Origin: a virus
Taxonomy: Duplodnaviria; Heunggongvirae; Uroviricota; Caudoviricetes
Reading direction: 5' to 3' (one strand)
IMG/VR virus record: IMGVR_UViG_2713896781_000005
DNA length: 13,347 bases
Part shown: piece after piece, positions 1-6,640 of the stretch
How positions within the stretch are numbered: the stretch's first letter is position 1
Layout of the letters: every line of letters starts with the position of its first letter
Made by a program: the position numbers and the translations under genes
The notes under the pieces: generated by a model
What the model was told of the DNA's origin: nothing
Seen by the model: the letters and a program-made list of their open reading frames with translations, nothing else
Databases searched by the model: none

Positions 1-72
1 CGTTCGAAGAAATCTAACGACAAGCCTTCTAAGGGAAAGAGCTTCGCCGTACGCTTTCGCGTTATGCCCTGA
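1..72 (+). CDS. 3' end of a gene that starts upstream of the window (last 23 codons, product unknown)
   Basis: Frame 1 is open from the window edge to TGA at 70-72 (...RSKKSNDKPSKGKSFAVRFRVMP*); the stop sits inside a short hairpin ccctga-cttt-tcaggg (67-82). Too short to assign a product. Confidence 0.3.
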   Translation, partial: RSKKSNDKPSKGKSFAVRFRVMP

Positions 73-196
73 CTTTTCAGGGAAATATCCTTTCAGTAAA
101 CTGTCAGTACCGGATTCTTATCCGTGTCCGGCGCACGACCACACGTGACAGCGTGTTGGTCTCCATTTTTAACCCAGAACCTCAATGGAGGATAAA

Positions 197-406
197 ATGC
201 CAAACAAAAAAAGAAATCCGCTTATTGAAAAACAGATTGAATGCCTGGTAAATCAACTCAGGCAATCAGGGTTATTAAAAACTCATTCAGAGTTGAGGCT
301 CACAGAATCAGCATTCGACGATAAATTAAATAATGTCCTTTATAATGGCATTATTGATTTTAATCGTTCTGTTGGTCGCCGCGGCCCTGCTGGTGTTTCC
401 TTATAA
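197..406 (+). CDS. hypothetical small protein (69 aa from ATG 197; track ORF begins at 185)
   Basis: ATG at 197 is preceded by GGAGGA (187-192) with a 4-nt spacer. N-terminal part looks coding, but the 3' third has T-rich third codon positions and abuts the end of the convergent minus-strand gene at 407, so the true 3' end is uncertain. Confidence 0.4.
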   Translation: MPNKKRNPLIEKQIECLVNQLRQSGLLKTHSELRLTESAFDDKLNNVLYNGIIDFNRSVGRRGPAGVSL

Positions 407-443
407 TTACCAGTCAATCCAGAGTGGACCGTGTTCAGCGTAA
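333..443 (+). CDS. alternative-frame small hydrophobic ORF (36 aa, MSFIMALLILIVLLVAAALLVFPYNYQSIQSGPCSA; one predicted transmembrane helix)
   Basis: My own translation of the +1 frame relative to 197..406; not in the supplied ORF track. Codons in this frame are G/C-ending (ctg, gtc, gcc, gcg, gtg) as expected for enterobacterial coding DNA. Overlaps the 3' end of the minus-strand gene by 37 nt. Confidence 0.3.
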   Translation: MSFIMALLILIVLLVAAALLVFPYNYQSIQSGPCSA

Positions 444-1057
444 ATATAACTGTACACATCCAGATTATATTTGTGGTCTGTTAAGAACAGGCCGCAAATA
501 CATGCCGAAGCTTCCAGTGCAGCGGCTCTGTTACTGAATAACCATGTAGCAACATTCCAGCGTTTTTCTGCATCCCAGTCTTTATCAAGGCCTGATACCA
601 TGAAGAAACCGTTAGTGTTGCCATCAAATAATTCTGTTTCCAAATTTTTAAGCAATGCCTGATGGACTCTTGCCAGGTATTCCGCCGGAATTTCGCCACG
701 AATTCTGATGAGATTGTCATAAACAAACATGTTCCCCGCATATGGCGATTTTTCTTTCTTGTTTTTTAAACCAGCATCATGAGCAAACTGATCAATTTCT
801 TCTTCCGTTGGTTTCGTATTGATGTTTTGCGCTGTCGTTTCTGCAATTTTATTTGCCACACTCTCTGAGTCGTGTTTATTTATAGACGCACAGAAATACA
901 ATCCGGTAAACGCATCGCGCACATTACGAGCCATATTATCAGTGTCTTTTTTCGTTACCGATTCCAATTCAAGTTCGTTCAGACGATGACGAAGTGTGTG
1001 TGCTGCAATCTCCTGGATTGAAGGAGGTAAATCTTTAAATTCCATCGTCAACCTCAT
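407..1057 (-). CDS. hypothetical protein, 216 aa (more likely 212 aa from the internal ATG at 1045); distal gene of a two-gene operon
   Basis: Long ORF. Its first ATG (complement of 1055-1057) overlaps the stop of the upstream 77-aa ORF (complement of 1057-1059); the second ATG (1043-1045) has GAGG 6 nt upstream. No catalytic or DNA-binding motif that I can recognise. Confidence 0.65.
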   Translation of the reverse strand: MRLTMEFKDLPPSIQEIAAHTLRHRLNELELESVTKKDTDNMARNVRDAFTGLYFCASINKHDSESVANKIAETTAQNINTKPTEEEIDQFAHDAGLKNKKEKSPYAGNMFVYDNLIRIRGEIPAEYLARVHQALLKNLETELFDGNTNGFFMVSGLDKDWDAEKRWNVATWLFSNRAAALEASACICGLFLTDHKYNLDVYSYIYAEHGPLWIDW

Positions 1058-1290
1058 CAGTCAGTGTTTCTGGCTAACCAGCGACGCGCGCCAGCTTCAG
1101 TTTTAAACGTTTTGCTTCTGGTATACGTCATCGCGGTAAACGTGCCGTCCTGATTGGGAAACACGCCACATACCAGAGATTCGTTGTTGCCAAGATCGAT
1201 AGTATCCATGCTGACCTCATTTCCCCTTAACGCCGGGGTAGCGGAACAAAAACCTGCTGCATAGTTATTAAAGTTGAACCCTGCCGTCAT
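1057..1290 (-). CDS. hypothetical protein, 77 aa; proximal gene of the two-gene operon downstream of the repressor
   Basis: ORF with GAGG about 9 nt upstream of the ATG; stop overlaps the start of the downstream ORF. No recognisable motif. Confidence 0.6.
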   Translation of the reverse strand: MTAGFNFNNYAAGFCSATPALRGNEVSMDTIDLGNNESLVCGVFPNQDGTFTAMTYTRSKTFKTEAGARRWLARNTD

Positions 1291-1394
1291 GTTCTTACGC
1301 CTCGGGCTGGCTACTTAACCCCTGACCACTGCCTGGTAACTCGAAGTATTGCCCTGCATTCTGTGGGGCGGGGTGGGTTGGTATGAAAAGAAGG

Positions 1395-1432
1395 ATACCC
1401 ATAGGTATTTAAAAAGTAAATACCCATGGGTA
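1395..1432. promoter_or_regulatory. pair of operator-like palindromes (ATACC-CATA-GGTAT at 1395-1408; TACCCATGGGTA at 1421-1432) upstream of the leftward two-gene operon
   Basis: Inverted-repeat arms are visible directly; the second is a perfect 12-bp palindrome. Half-site GGGTAT/ATACCC recurs in the repressor/cro divergent region. Confidence 0.45.
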
Positions 1433-1474
1433 AATTTTTGCGGTGTCTTAACTGGTGACTAGTTGTTTGGTGAG

Positions 1475-1894
1475 CTATGATGCGTTTTGTGCTTTCTTTT
1501 TACGGATTTCTTCGTAGATCATATTGTAATACTGTTTTTTCTCTTCAAGAGTTTTTAATAATTTATCCGCTTCACTTTCTGGCAGTTCGTCTAAGAGATC
1601 TAAAAAAATACGTTGTCGTGGCGTTAGAACCCTTGTTTCATAACTGGAGGCTGTGTTCGTTGATGATGAAACGATACCATCCATCCATCCCCGGGGTAAC
1701 CCAAAGGACTCTTCGATAATCTCCACCATATCATCAGCGATCCGTTTTTTTCCCTTTTTCCCCTCTGGGTACAACATTCTTGATACATAAGAAGGCTCGC
1801 GCCCGATCTTTCTGGCCACGTTAACCGCTTTACCATCGCATTTCTCATCACGAATTTTGATGAGTTGCTGTCGTCTAAATTCATATTTGTCCAT
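1475..1894 (-). CDS. prophage repressor, DicA/RacR-like HTH (XRE-family) protein, 139 aa, no peptidase domain
   Basis: N-terminal helix-turn-helix segment (AVNVARKIGREPSYVSRMLYPEG); C-terminal LLDELPESEADKLL motif resembles DicA-type repressors as I recall them; divergent from a cro-like gene. No obvious Shine-Dalgarno before the ATG, so possibly leaderless. Confidence 0.75.
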   Translation of the reverse strand: MDKYEFRRQQLIKIRDEKCDGKAVNVARKIGREPSYVSRMLYPEGKKGKKRIADDMVEIIEESFGLPRGWMDGIVSSSTNTASSYETRVLTPRQRIFLDLLDELPESEADKLLKTLEEKKQYYNMIYEEIRKKKAQNAS

Positions 1895-1930
1895 AGGTAA
1901 ATAATAGATGCGATTACCGCAAGGTAAACA

Positions 1931-1980
1931 ACCTGTGGGTATTGACTTTTGTTTACCTGTGGGTATTCTTTGCTGTGTTT
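1931..1980. promoter_or_regulatory. divergent operator/promoter region: two exact 13-bp direct repeats ACCTGTGGGTATT (1931-1943, 1955-1967) flanking a -35-like TTGACT (1943-1948), with a -10-like TATTCT (1964-1969)
   Basis: Repeats seen directly; sits between the repressor start (1894) and the cro-like start (1995). The hexamer spacing is about 15 nt, so promoter assignment is approximate. Confidence 0.45.
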
Positions 1981-1994
1981 ACTAAGGAGTAGCT

Positions 1995-2276
1995 ATGGAA
2001 GAATTAAGAATATTTCTCAATTCTCTTTCGTCAGATGAACAGCGTATGTTTGCATGCGAGTGTGGTACCAGCATCGGTTATCTAAGAAAGGCATTGAGTA
2101 AAGGTCAAGTGTTAGGGGCATCGTTATGTGTCCTTATTGAGCGAGCCAGTAATGGTGAAGTTACACGTCAGCAACTAAGGCCTTTTGATTGGATGAATAT
2201 TTGGCCCGAGCTGGAAGATACCAAAACGTTAACACAACCACTTTCTAGGAGCTTGATTCATGAAAATCAAGCATGA
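1995..2276 (+). CDS. Cro-like small DNA-binding protein (YdaS family)
   Basis: AAGGAG before the ATG; first rightward gene divergent from the repressor; ERASNGEVTRQQLRPFDW segment resembles Rac YdaS as I recall it. Confidence 0.65.
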   Translation: MEELRIFLNSLSSDEQRMFACECGTSIGYLRKALSKGQVLGASLCVLIERASNGEVTRQQLRPFDWMNIWPELEDTKTLTQPLSRSLIHENQA

Positions 2277-2685
2277 ACACATCCGCATGGCGATGAATGC
2301 CTGGGCGCGTCCTGATGGCGAAAAAGTTCCAGCAGCTGGAATAACCCAGGCTTATTTTGAGTTGGGTATGACGTTCCCAGAACTGTATGACGACAGCCAT
2401 CCGGAAGCCCTGGCTCGCAATACCCAGAAAATTTTCCGCTGGGTAGAGAAAGACACCCCTGATGCTGTTGAAAAAATGCAGGCTCTGTTACCGGCGATCG
2501 AAAAGGCGATGCCGCCTTTGCTGGTGGCCCGTATGCGCAGCCACAGTTCTGAATATTACCGTGAGATCGTCGAACGGAGGGATCGGCTGGTGAAGGATGT
2601 CGATGATTTTGTTGCGTCAGCGGTTGTTTTGTATGACCAGATGAATCGCGGCGGCCCGGCAGGGAATGCTGTGGTGATGCACTAA
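2260..2685 (+). CDS. YdaT-family protein (CII-like regulator position), 141 aa
   Basis: Starts MKIKHEHI and ends ...VVMH, matching my recollection of Rac YdaT; overlaps the cro-like gene by 17 nt; AGGAG upstream. Confidence 0.6.
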   Translation: MKIKHEHIRMAMNAWARPDGEKVPAAGITQAYFELGMTFPELYDDSHPEALARNTQKIFRWVEKDTPDAVEKMQALLPAIEKAMPPLLVARMRSHSSEYYREIVERRDRLVKDVDDFVASAVVLYDQMNRGGPAGNAVVMH

Positions 2686-2707
2686 AAGCACGGTGTTCGG
2701 GGGTTTT

Positions 2708-3676
2708 ATGAGCAGCAAGCTTCATGGTCTTGTCTGGGAAGGGTGCGCCTTCACCGGCATGATCTTATCCAGGGTGGCGGTTATGGCCCGTCTTGCAGAC
2801 TACAGCAATGACGAGGGCGTGTCATGGCCTGCCATTGAAACTATCCGGCGTCAGATCGGTGCAAGAAGTGAATCCACAGTGAAATCGGCTATTGCAGAAC
2901 TGGCGAAAGAGGGCTGGCTGACGAAGGAAGAGCGTAAGGTCGGTGGGCGTAATGTAAGCAATATCTATCGGCTTAATGTGGAAAAACTCGAAGCAGCTGC
3001 GGCGGCGGCGCGTGAGTCATATAAACCGAAAAGAAAAATTAGCCCGGCAAAAAATGACCCGTTAACAGTTGACCCGTCAAATATTGACCCCTCAACGGTT
3101 GACCCGTCAAATTTTGATGGATCAACTGTTGATAAAAAACTGCCGATTAGGGGGGCGATGATTGACCCCGATCCGTCAGTATTAAAACCTGATCCGTCAG
3201 ATAAAAGATCTTCTTGTCCGGACGTTTCACTGCCGGACGAAAAACAAGCATCACCGGTCGAGCGATTTCTGGAGAAACACCCGGATGCGCATACCTGGAA
3301 TGTACCAAAGCGACAGTGGGGAACCCGGGAGGATTTGACGTGTGCACAGTGGATCTGGGGACGGGTTGTTGCGTTGTATGAACAGGCCGCCAGTGATGAT
3401 GGGGAGGTATCACGCCCCAGAGAGCCTAACTGGACGACCTGGGCGAATGATGTGCGCATGATGCGTATGCTGGATGGACGTAGTCACCGACAGATTTGTG
3501 AAATGTTTGGGCGTGTTCAACGGGATTCGTTCTGGGTAAAAAACATCATGAGTCCGGCAAAACTCCGGGAAAAATGGGATGAACTGGTTATCCGCCTGGG
3601 GCGTTCGCCCGCGCAGCGTTGCGTGAATCATATTTCTGAACCGGATACCGAAATTCCGCCGGGTTTCAGGGGGTAG
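2708..3676 (+). CDS. replication initiator, lambda O-like (N-terminal winged-helix replication domain, internal iteron-encoded repeat linker)
   Basis: N-terminal segment (LSRVAVMARLADYSNDEGVSWPAIETIRRQIGARSESTVKSAIAELAKEGWL) is typical of phage replication-initiator HTH domains; immediately precedes a DnaC-like gene. ATG 2708 (GGGGG 4 nt upstream) preferred over the GTG at 2693. Confidence 0.65.
   Translation: MSSKLHGLVWEGCAFTGMILSRVAVMARLADYSNDEGVSWPAIETIRRQIGARSESTVKSAIAELAKEGWLTKEERKVGGRNVSNIYRLNVEKLEAAAAAARESYKPKRKISPAKNDPLTVDPSNIDPSTVDPSNFDGSTVDKKLPIRGAMIDPDPSVLKPDPSDKRSSCPDVSLPDEKQASPVERFLEKHPDAHTWNVPKRQWGTREDLTCAQWIWGRVVALYEQAASDDGEVSRPREPNWTTWANDVRMMRMLDGRSHRQICEMFGRVQRDSFWVKNIMSPAKLREKWDELVIRLGRSPAQRCVNHISEPDTEIPPGFRG
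3054..3140. repeat. iteron array (about six 14-bp units, core TTGACCCGTCAA) inside the initiator gene; likely replication origin
   Basis: Tandem repeats seen directly: atgacccgttaaca / gttgacccgtcaaa / tattgacccctcaac / ggttgacccgtcaa plus two degenerate units and further TGACCCCGATCCGTCAG copies at 3161-3200; they encode the DPxxVDPSxxD peptide repeat and are followed by an A-rich stretch, as in ori-lambda within gene O. Confidence 0.55.
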
Positions 3677-3682
3677 CGCACC

Positions 3683-4423
3683 ATGAAAAACATTACGTCA
3701 GGTGGTGTTCTGGCAAGAGTCAGCAGATTTGTGCCGCAGGATGCAATCCCTCCGTACCGTACGGTGGCGGAGTGGCGGGAATGGCAGCTTGCTGAAGGGC
3801 GTAAGCGAAGCGAGGAGGTTAATCGTCTGAATCATCAGACGCGGGTTGAAAAAATCATTAACCGCTCCGGTATCCAGCCGCTTCACCGGAAGTGTACGTT
3901 CGGTAACTACCGGGTGCAGAACGATGGTCAGCGCCATGCCCTGAGTCAGGCGAAATCCATTGCGGCAGAGCTGGAAGGCGGCTGTACGAATTTTGTTTTC
4001 AGTGGCAGGCCTGGCACAGGAAAAAACCACCTGGCGGCGGCTATTGGCAACCACCTTCTGGCGAAAGGTCGCAGTGTGATTGTGATAACAGTGGCGGATG
4101 TGATGCTGGCGTTACATGGCAGCTACGACAACAAAAACTCGGGCGAAAAATTTTTGCAGGGATTGTGTGGCGTTGACCTGCTGGTACTGGATGAAATTGG
4201 CATGCAACGGGATACGCGTAATGAGCAGGTCACGCTGAATCAGATTGTTGACCGCAGAACGGCATCGTTACTCAGTGTGGGGATGCTGACAAATCTTAAC
4301 CATGCAGCGATGAATACACTTCTCGGCGAGCGGGTGATGGACCGCATGTCCATGAACGGTGGTCGCTGGGTGACGTTTAACTGGGAGAGCTGGCGTCCGA
4401 ACGTCAGCCAGCACAGGAACTGA
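3683..4423 (+). CDS. DnaC-like replicative helicase loader (IstB-type AAA+ ATPase)
   Basis: Walker A GRPGTGKNHLA and Walker B LLVLDEIG; overall DnaC-like layout; directly downstream of the initiator. Confidence 0.85.
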   Translation: MKNITSGGVLARVSRFVPQDAIPPYRTVAEWREWQLAEGRKRSEEVNRLNHQTRVEKIINRSGIQPLHRKCTFGNYRVQNDGQRHALSQAKSIAAELEGGCTNFVFSGRPGTGKNHLAAAIGNHLLAKGRSVIVITVADVMLALHGSYDNKNSGEKFLQGLCGVDLLVLDEIGMQRDTRNEQVTLNQIVDRRTASLLSVGMLTNLNHAAMNTLLGERVMDRMSMNGGRWVTFNWESWRPNVSQHRN

Positions 4424-4452
4424 GAAGTAATTTTTATCCGGAGGAAGTTTTA

Positions 4453-5223
4453 ATGGAAACCGTATTGCATGCACTGAAAGCGATGGGTAAAGCCAATTCT
4501 GTTGAACTGGCGGCGCGGCTTGATATCAGCCGTGAAGAAGTTCTCAACGAACTGTGGGAACTCAAAAAAAATGGCGTTGTTGATAAAACGGGTCACACCT
4601 GGTTTCTGGCTGGCGAAGGTGAATCCCGGGTAACCGAAGAGCGGCCAGTAAAATCTGAAGCACAGGATATGCTGACCGGGGAGGTCGAACAAAAAGTTAC
4701 CGCAGACATGATGATTGAGTTTATCGGTCAGGATGGTGCTAAAACGTGTGAGGAACTGGCGGGTAAGTTCGGCGTCAGTACTCGCAAGGTTGCCTCCACG
4801 CTGGCGGTGGTAACCGCAACGGGGCGGCTGGCACGCGTTAATCAGAACGGTAAATTTCGTTACTGCATACCGGGCGCTGATTTACCGGCAGAGCCGGAAG
4901 CTGCATCGGTAACGGAAACCGATAGTAAAGCCTTTCCTCAGCCAACAGGTGTTGCGTTACCAGTCCGGGAAGCGGAAACACAGGAAGAAATAAAAACTGA
5001 AAGTGTGGCGGTCACAGTGCAGTCACAGCCGTCGTTCACCAGAAAGCATCCGGATGGTCTGATTTTACCATCGCTGCATGTGGCTAACCGCGAGCTGCGC
5101 CGGGCAAAAGGTCAGGTTCAGAAGTGGGAGCGTGTCTGCGCCGCGCTGCGGGAGCTGAACAAGCACCGGGATATTGTTCGACAGATTACTGATTCTTCCC
5201 GCCGTGTTGTATCGGAAAAGTGA
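4453..5223 (+). CDS. hypothetical protein with two tandem winged-helix-like modules, 256 aa
   Basis: GGAGGA before the ATG; two internally repeated segments (ANSVELAARLDISREEVLNELWELKKNGVV... and KTCEELAGKFGVSTRKVASTLAVVTATGRL...) each with an HTH-like signature. Confidence 0.6.
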   Translation: METVLHALKAMGKANSVELAARLDISREEVLNELWELKKNGVVDKTGHTWFLAGEGESRVTEERPVKSEAQDMLTGEVEQKVTADMMIEFIGQDGAKTCEELAGKFGVSTRKVASTLAVVTATGRLARVNQNGKFRYCIPGADLPAEPEAASVTETDSKAFPQPTGVALPVREAETQEEIKTESVAVTVQSQPSFTRKHPDGLILPSLHVANRELRRAKGQVQKWERVCAALRELNKHRDIVRQITDSSRRVVSEK

Positions 5224-5238
5224 TTGCCGGAGGCGCTT

Positions 5239-5631
5239 ATGGCAAAAGTATTTACACCAGAAGATCGGGAAGAAGTGACGGCGCGCATTGTGGAATTCGT
5301 GCGCCTGAGCGGACGAGAAACTTTTCGACAACTGGCAGATAAAACGGGTGTCAGTAAGACCGCTATTCGTCGTTTATCTGGTGCGCTTGCGGCCAGTGGT
5401 GATGTCTGGCTCTCTGGTTGCGGGGTATTTCCATCAGAGCAGGCGTATCGCGTATGGCGTAAGACACCGGAGAAGGCTGCTGACCCGACACTGATTCGAA
5501 AGTTACCTGACGGAGAAATACGTCGTTACAACAGACGGCAGAACATAATTTGTCGTGAGTGCCGCCAGAGCGAAGTTATGCAGCGTGTGCTGGCGTTCTA
5601 TCGGGGAAACTTTCAGGAGGTGATGGAGTGA
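5239..5631 (+). CDS. hypothetical winged-helix-like protein, 130 aa
   Basis: ATG at 5239 with GGAGG 5 nt upstream (track ORF begins at an in-frame TTG at 5224); ETFRQLADKTGVSKTAIRRLSGALAASG segment repeats the module of the upstream gene. Confidence 0.55.
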   Translation: MAKVFTPEDREEVTARIVEFVRLSGRETFRQLADKTGVSKTAIRRLSGALAASGDVWLSGCGVFPSEQAYRVWRKTPEKAADPTLIRKLPDGEIRRYNRRQNIICRECRQSEVMQRVLAFYRGNFQEVME

Positions 5632-5924
5632 GGGTGAGAGTTTATATTGCCGGTCCAATGACGGGATATGAAAATTTCAACCGTGAGGCGTTTCACAAGG
5701 CGGAAGAGGAACTGAAACGGGAAGGGCATACCGTCTTAAACCCGGCAGTACTTCCGGACGGGCTGACACAGCCGCACTACATGGATATTTGCATGGCAAT
5801 GATTCGTTGCGTGGATGCGATTTACATGCTGAATGGCTGGCAGCGGTCAGCGGGCGCTAAGGCAGAGCTGGCACTGGCGGAGAAACTGGGACATGCGGTG
5901 ATTTATCAGGAGGTGGCTCAATGA
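5628..5924 (+). CDS. DUF4406-family protein (nucleoside 2-deoxyribosyltransferase-like fold family)
   Basis: VYIAGPMTGYENFNREAFHKAEEELKREGHTVLNP...NGWQRSAGAKAELALAEKLG matches the DUF4406 signature as I recall it. GTG 5628 overlaps the upstream stop (GTGA) and follows GGAGG at 5616-5620. Confidence 0.7.
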   Translation: MRVRVYIAGPMTGYENFNREAFHKAEEELKREGHTVLNPAVLPDGLTQPHYMDICMAMIRCVDAIYMLNGWQRSAGAKAELALAEKLGHAVIYQEVAQ

Positions 5925-6640
5925 GAGAGGTTAACTATGAGGCGCTTCGTGAAGCAGCAGAGAAAGCAACTAAAGGATGCTACATCGTAGGGCATACATC
6001 GGGCAATCAGCATGGGAATATAACAGGAGTTTTTTTTTGTCAAAAATGGAAAGGAGAACCCGGTGGCGTAATTGCAGAATGTCACGTTAACTGCCTGGTT
6101 GAAACAGATGCTCAGGCTTACGCAAACGCTGAATTTATTGCTGCCTTTAATCCAAATGTTGCGCTGGCACTACTGGATGAACGGGAAAGAAACCAGCAAT
6201 ACATCAAATCACGCGACCAGGAGAACGAGGAGATTGCGCTTACGGAAGGGAAGCTGCTAATCGAAAACGGCCGGCTTGTTGCCGATACGCTACGCCACTT
6301 AGCTGATAACGAAATCGACTCTGATTATTTTGCTATCACCTCAACGAATGAGAACGGTACTGAAATTGATCATGAGATGGCTATTACCGATTACGCACTG
6401 CAAGCTGCCGGAACTGTAGACGAATTGGTTGCGGCGTTGGAATCCGCAGAGAATCGCATTGCAGAACTGGAAGCACGGGAAATATCGCTCCCAGAACGTA
6501 GCAGCATGCTTCATCGAACAGATTTTCACGATGATTACCAAACGGTAATGGCATACAAAGTTTCTGAAGTCATCGCTGCAATCCGCGCCGCTGGCATTCG
6601 CATCAAAGGAGAGGAGCATGGAAATAAAACCAGAAGATGA
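5921..6640 (+). CDS. Ead/Ea22-like family protein
   Basis: N-terminus MREVNYEALREAAEKATKG... resembles prophage Ead/Ea22-like proteins; ATG overlaps the upstream stop (ATGA). Confidence 0.55.
   Translation: MREVNYEALREAAEKATKGCYIVGHTSGNQHGNITGVFFCQKWKGEPGGVIAECHVNCLVETDAQAYANAEFIAAFNPNVALALLDERERNQQYIKSRDQENEEIALTEGKLLIENGRLVADTLRHLADNEIDSDYFAITSTNENGTEIDHEMAITDYALQAAGTVDELVAALESAENRIAELEAREISLPERSSMLHRTDFHDDYQTVMAYKVSEVIAAIRAAGIRIKGEEHGNKTRR

Noticed and set aside
95-145. Possible LexA (SOS) box or operator among the CTGTCAG / GTGACAG and CCGGA-N12-TCCGG motifs upstream of 197
   Set aside because: No match to the CTGT-N8-ACAG spacing; the dyads are short and imperfect, so not reported as a feature.
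185-196. Start of the small ORF at ATG 185 as listed in the ORF track
   Set aside because: The ATG at 197 is in the same frame and has a better-placed GGAGGA; the 185 ATG overlaps the RBS itself.
471-741. ORFs 471..662 (+) and 481..741 (-) from the six-frame track
   Set aside because: Both lie entirely inside the longer 407..1057 minus-strand gene in other frames or antisense; no RBS and no recognisable protein features.
1477-1884. ORFs 1477..1719 (+) and 1624..1884 (-)
   Set aside because: Embedded in or antisense to the HTH repressor gene 1475..1894, which has clear DNA-binding motifs and the expected divergent arrangement with cro.
1995-2685. YdaS/YdaT as a toxin-antitoxin pair
   Set aside because: The family names historically imply a TA module, but the position (first two rightward genes divergent from the repressor) fits Cro-like and CII-like regulators, which is also the current interpretation for Rac as far as I recall; annotated as regulators.
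3040-3200. Possible CRISPR array, from the short tandem repeats
   Set aside because: Period is about 14 bp with no spacers of 28-40 bp, the repeats are in-frame coding sequence of the initiator, and there are no cas genes; the pattern fits replication-origin iterons.
2267-4474. Minus-strand ORFs 2267..2725, 2965..3459, 3147..3413, 3410..3631, 3698..4054 and 4268..4474
   Set aside because: All are antisense to well-supported plus-strand genes (YdaT-like, initiator, DnaC-like); their translations are low-complexity, rich in Pro/Ser/Arg, as expected of shadow ORFs.
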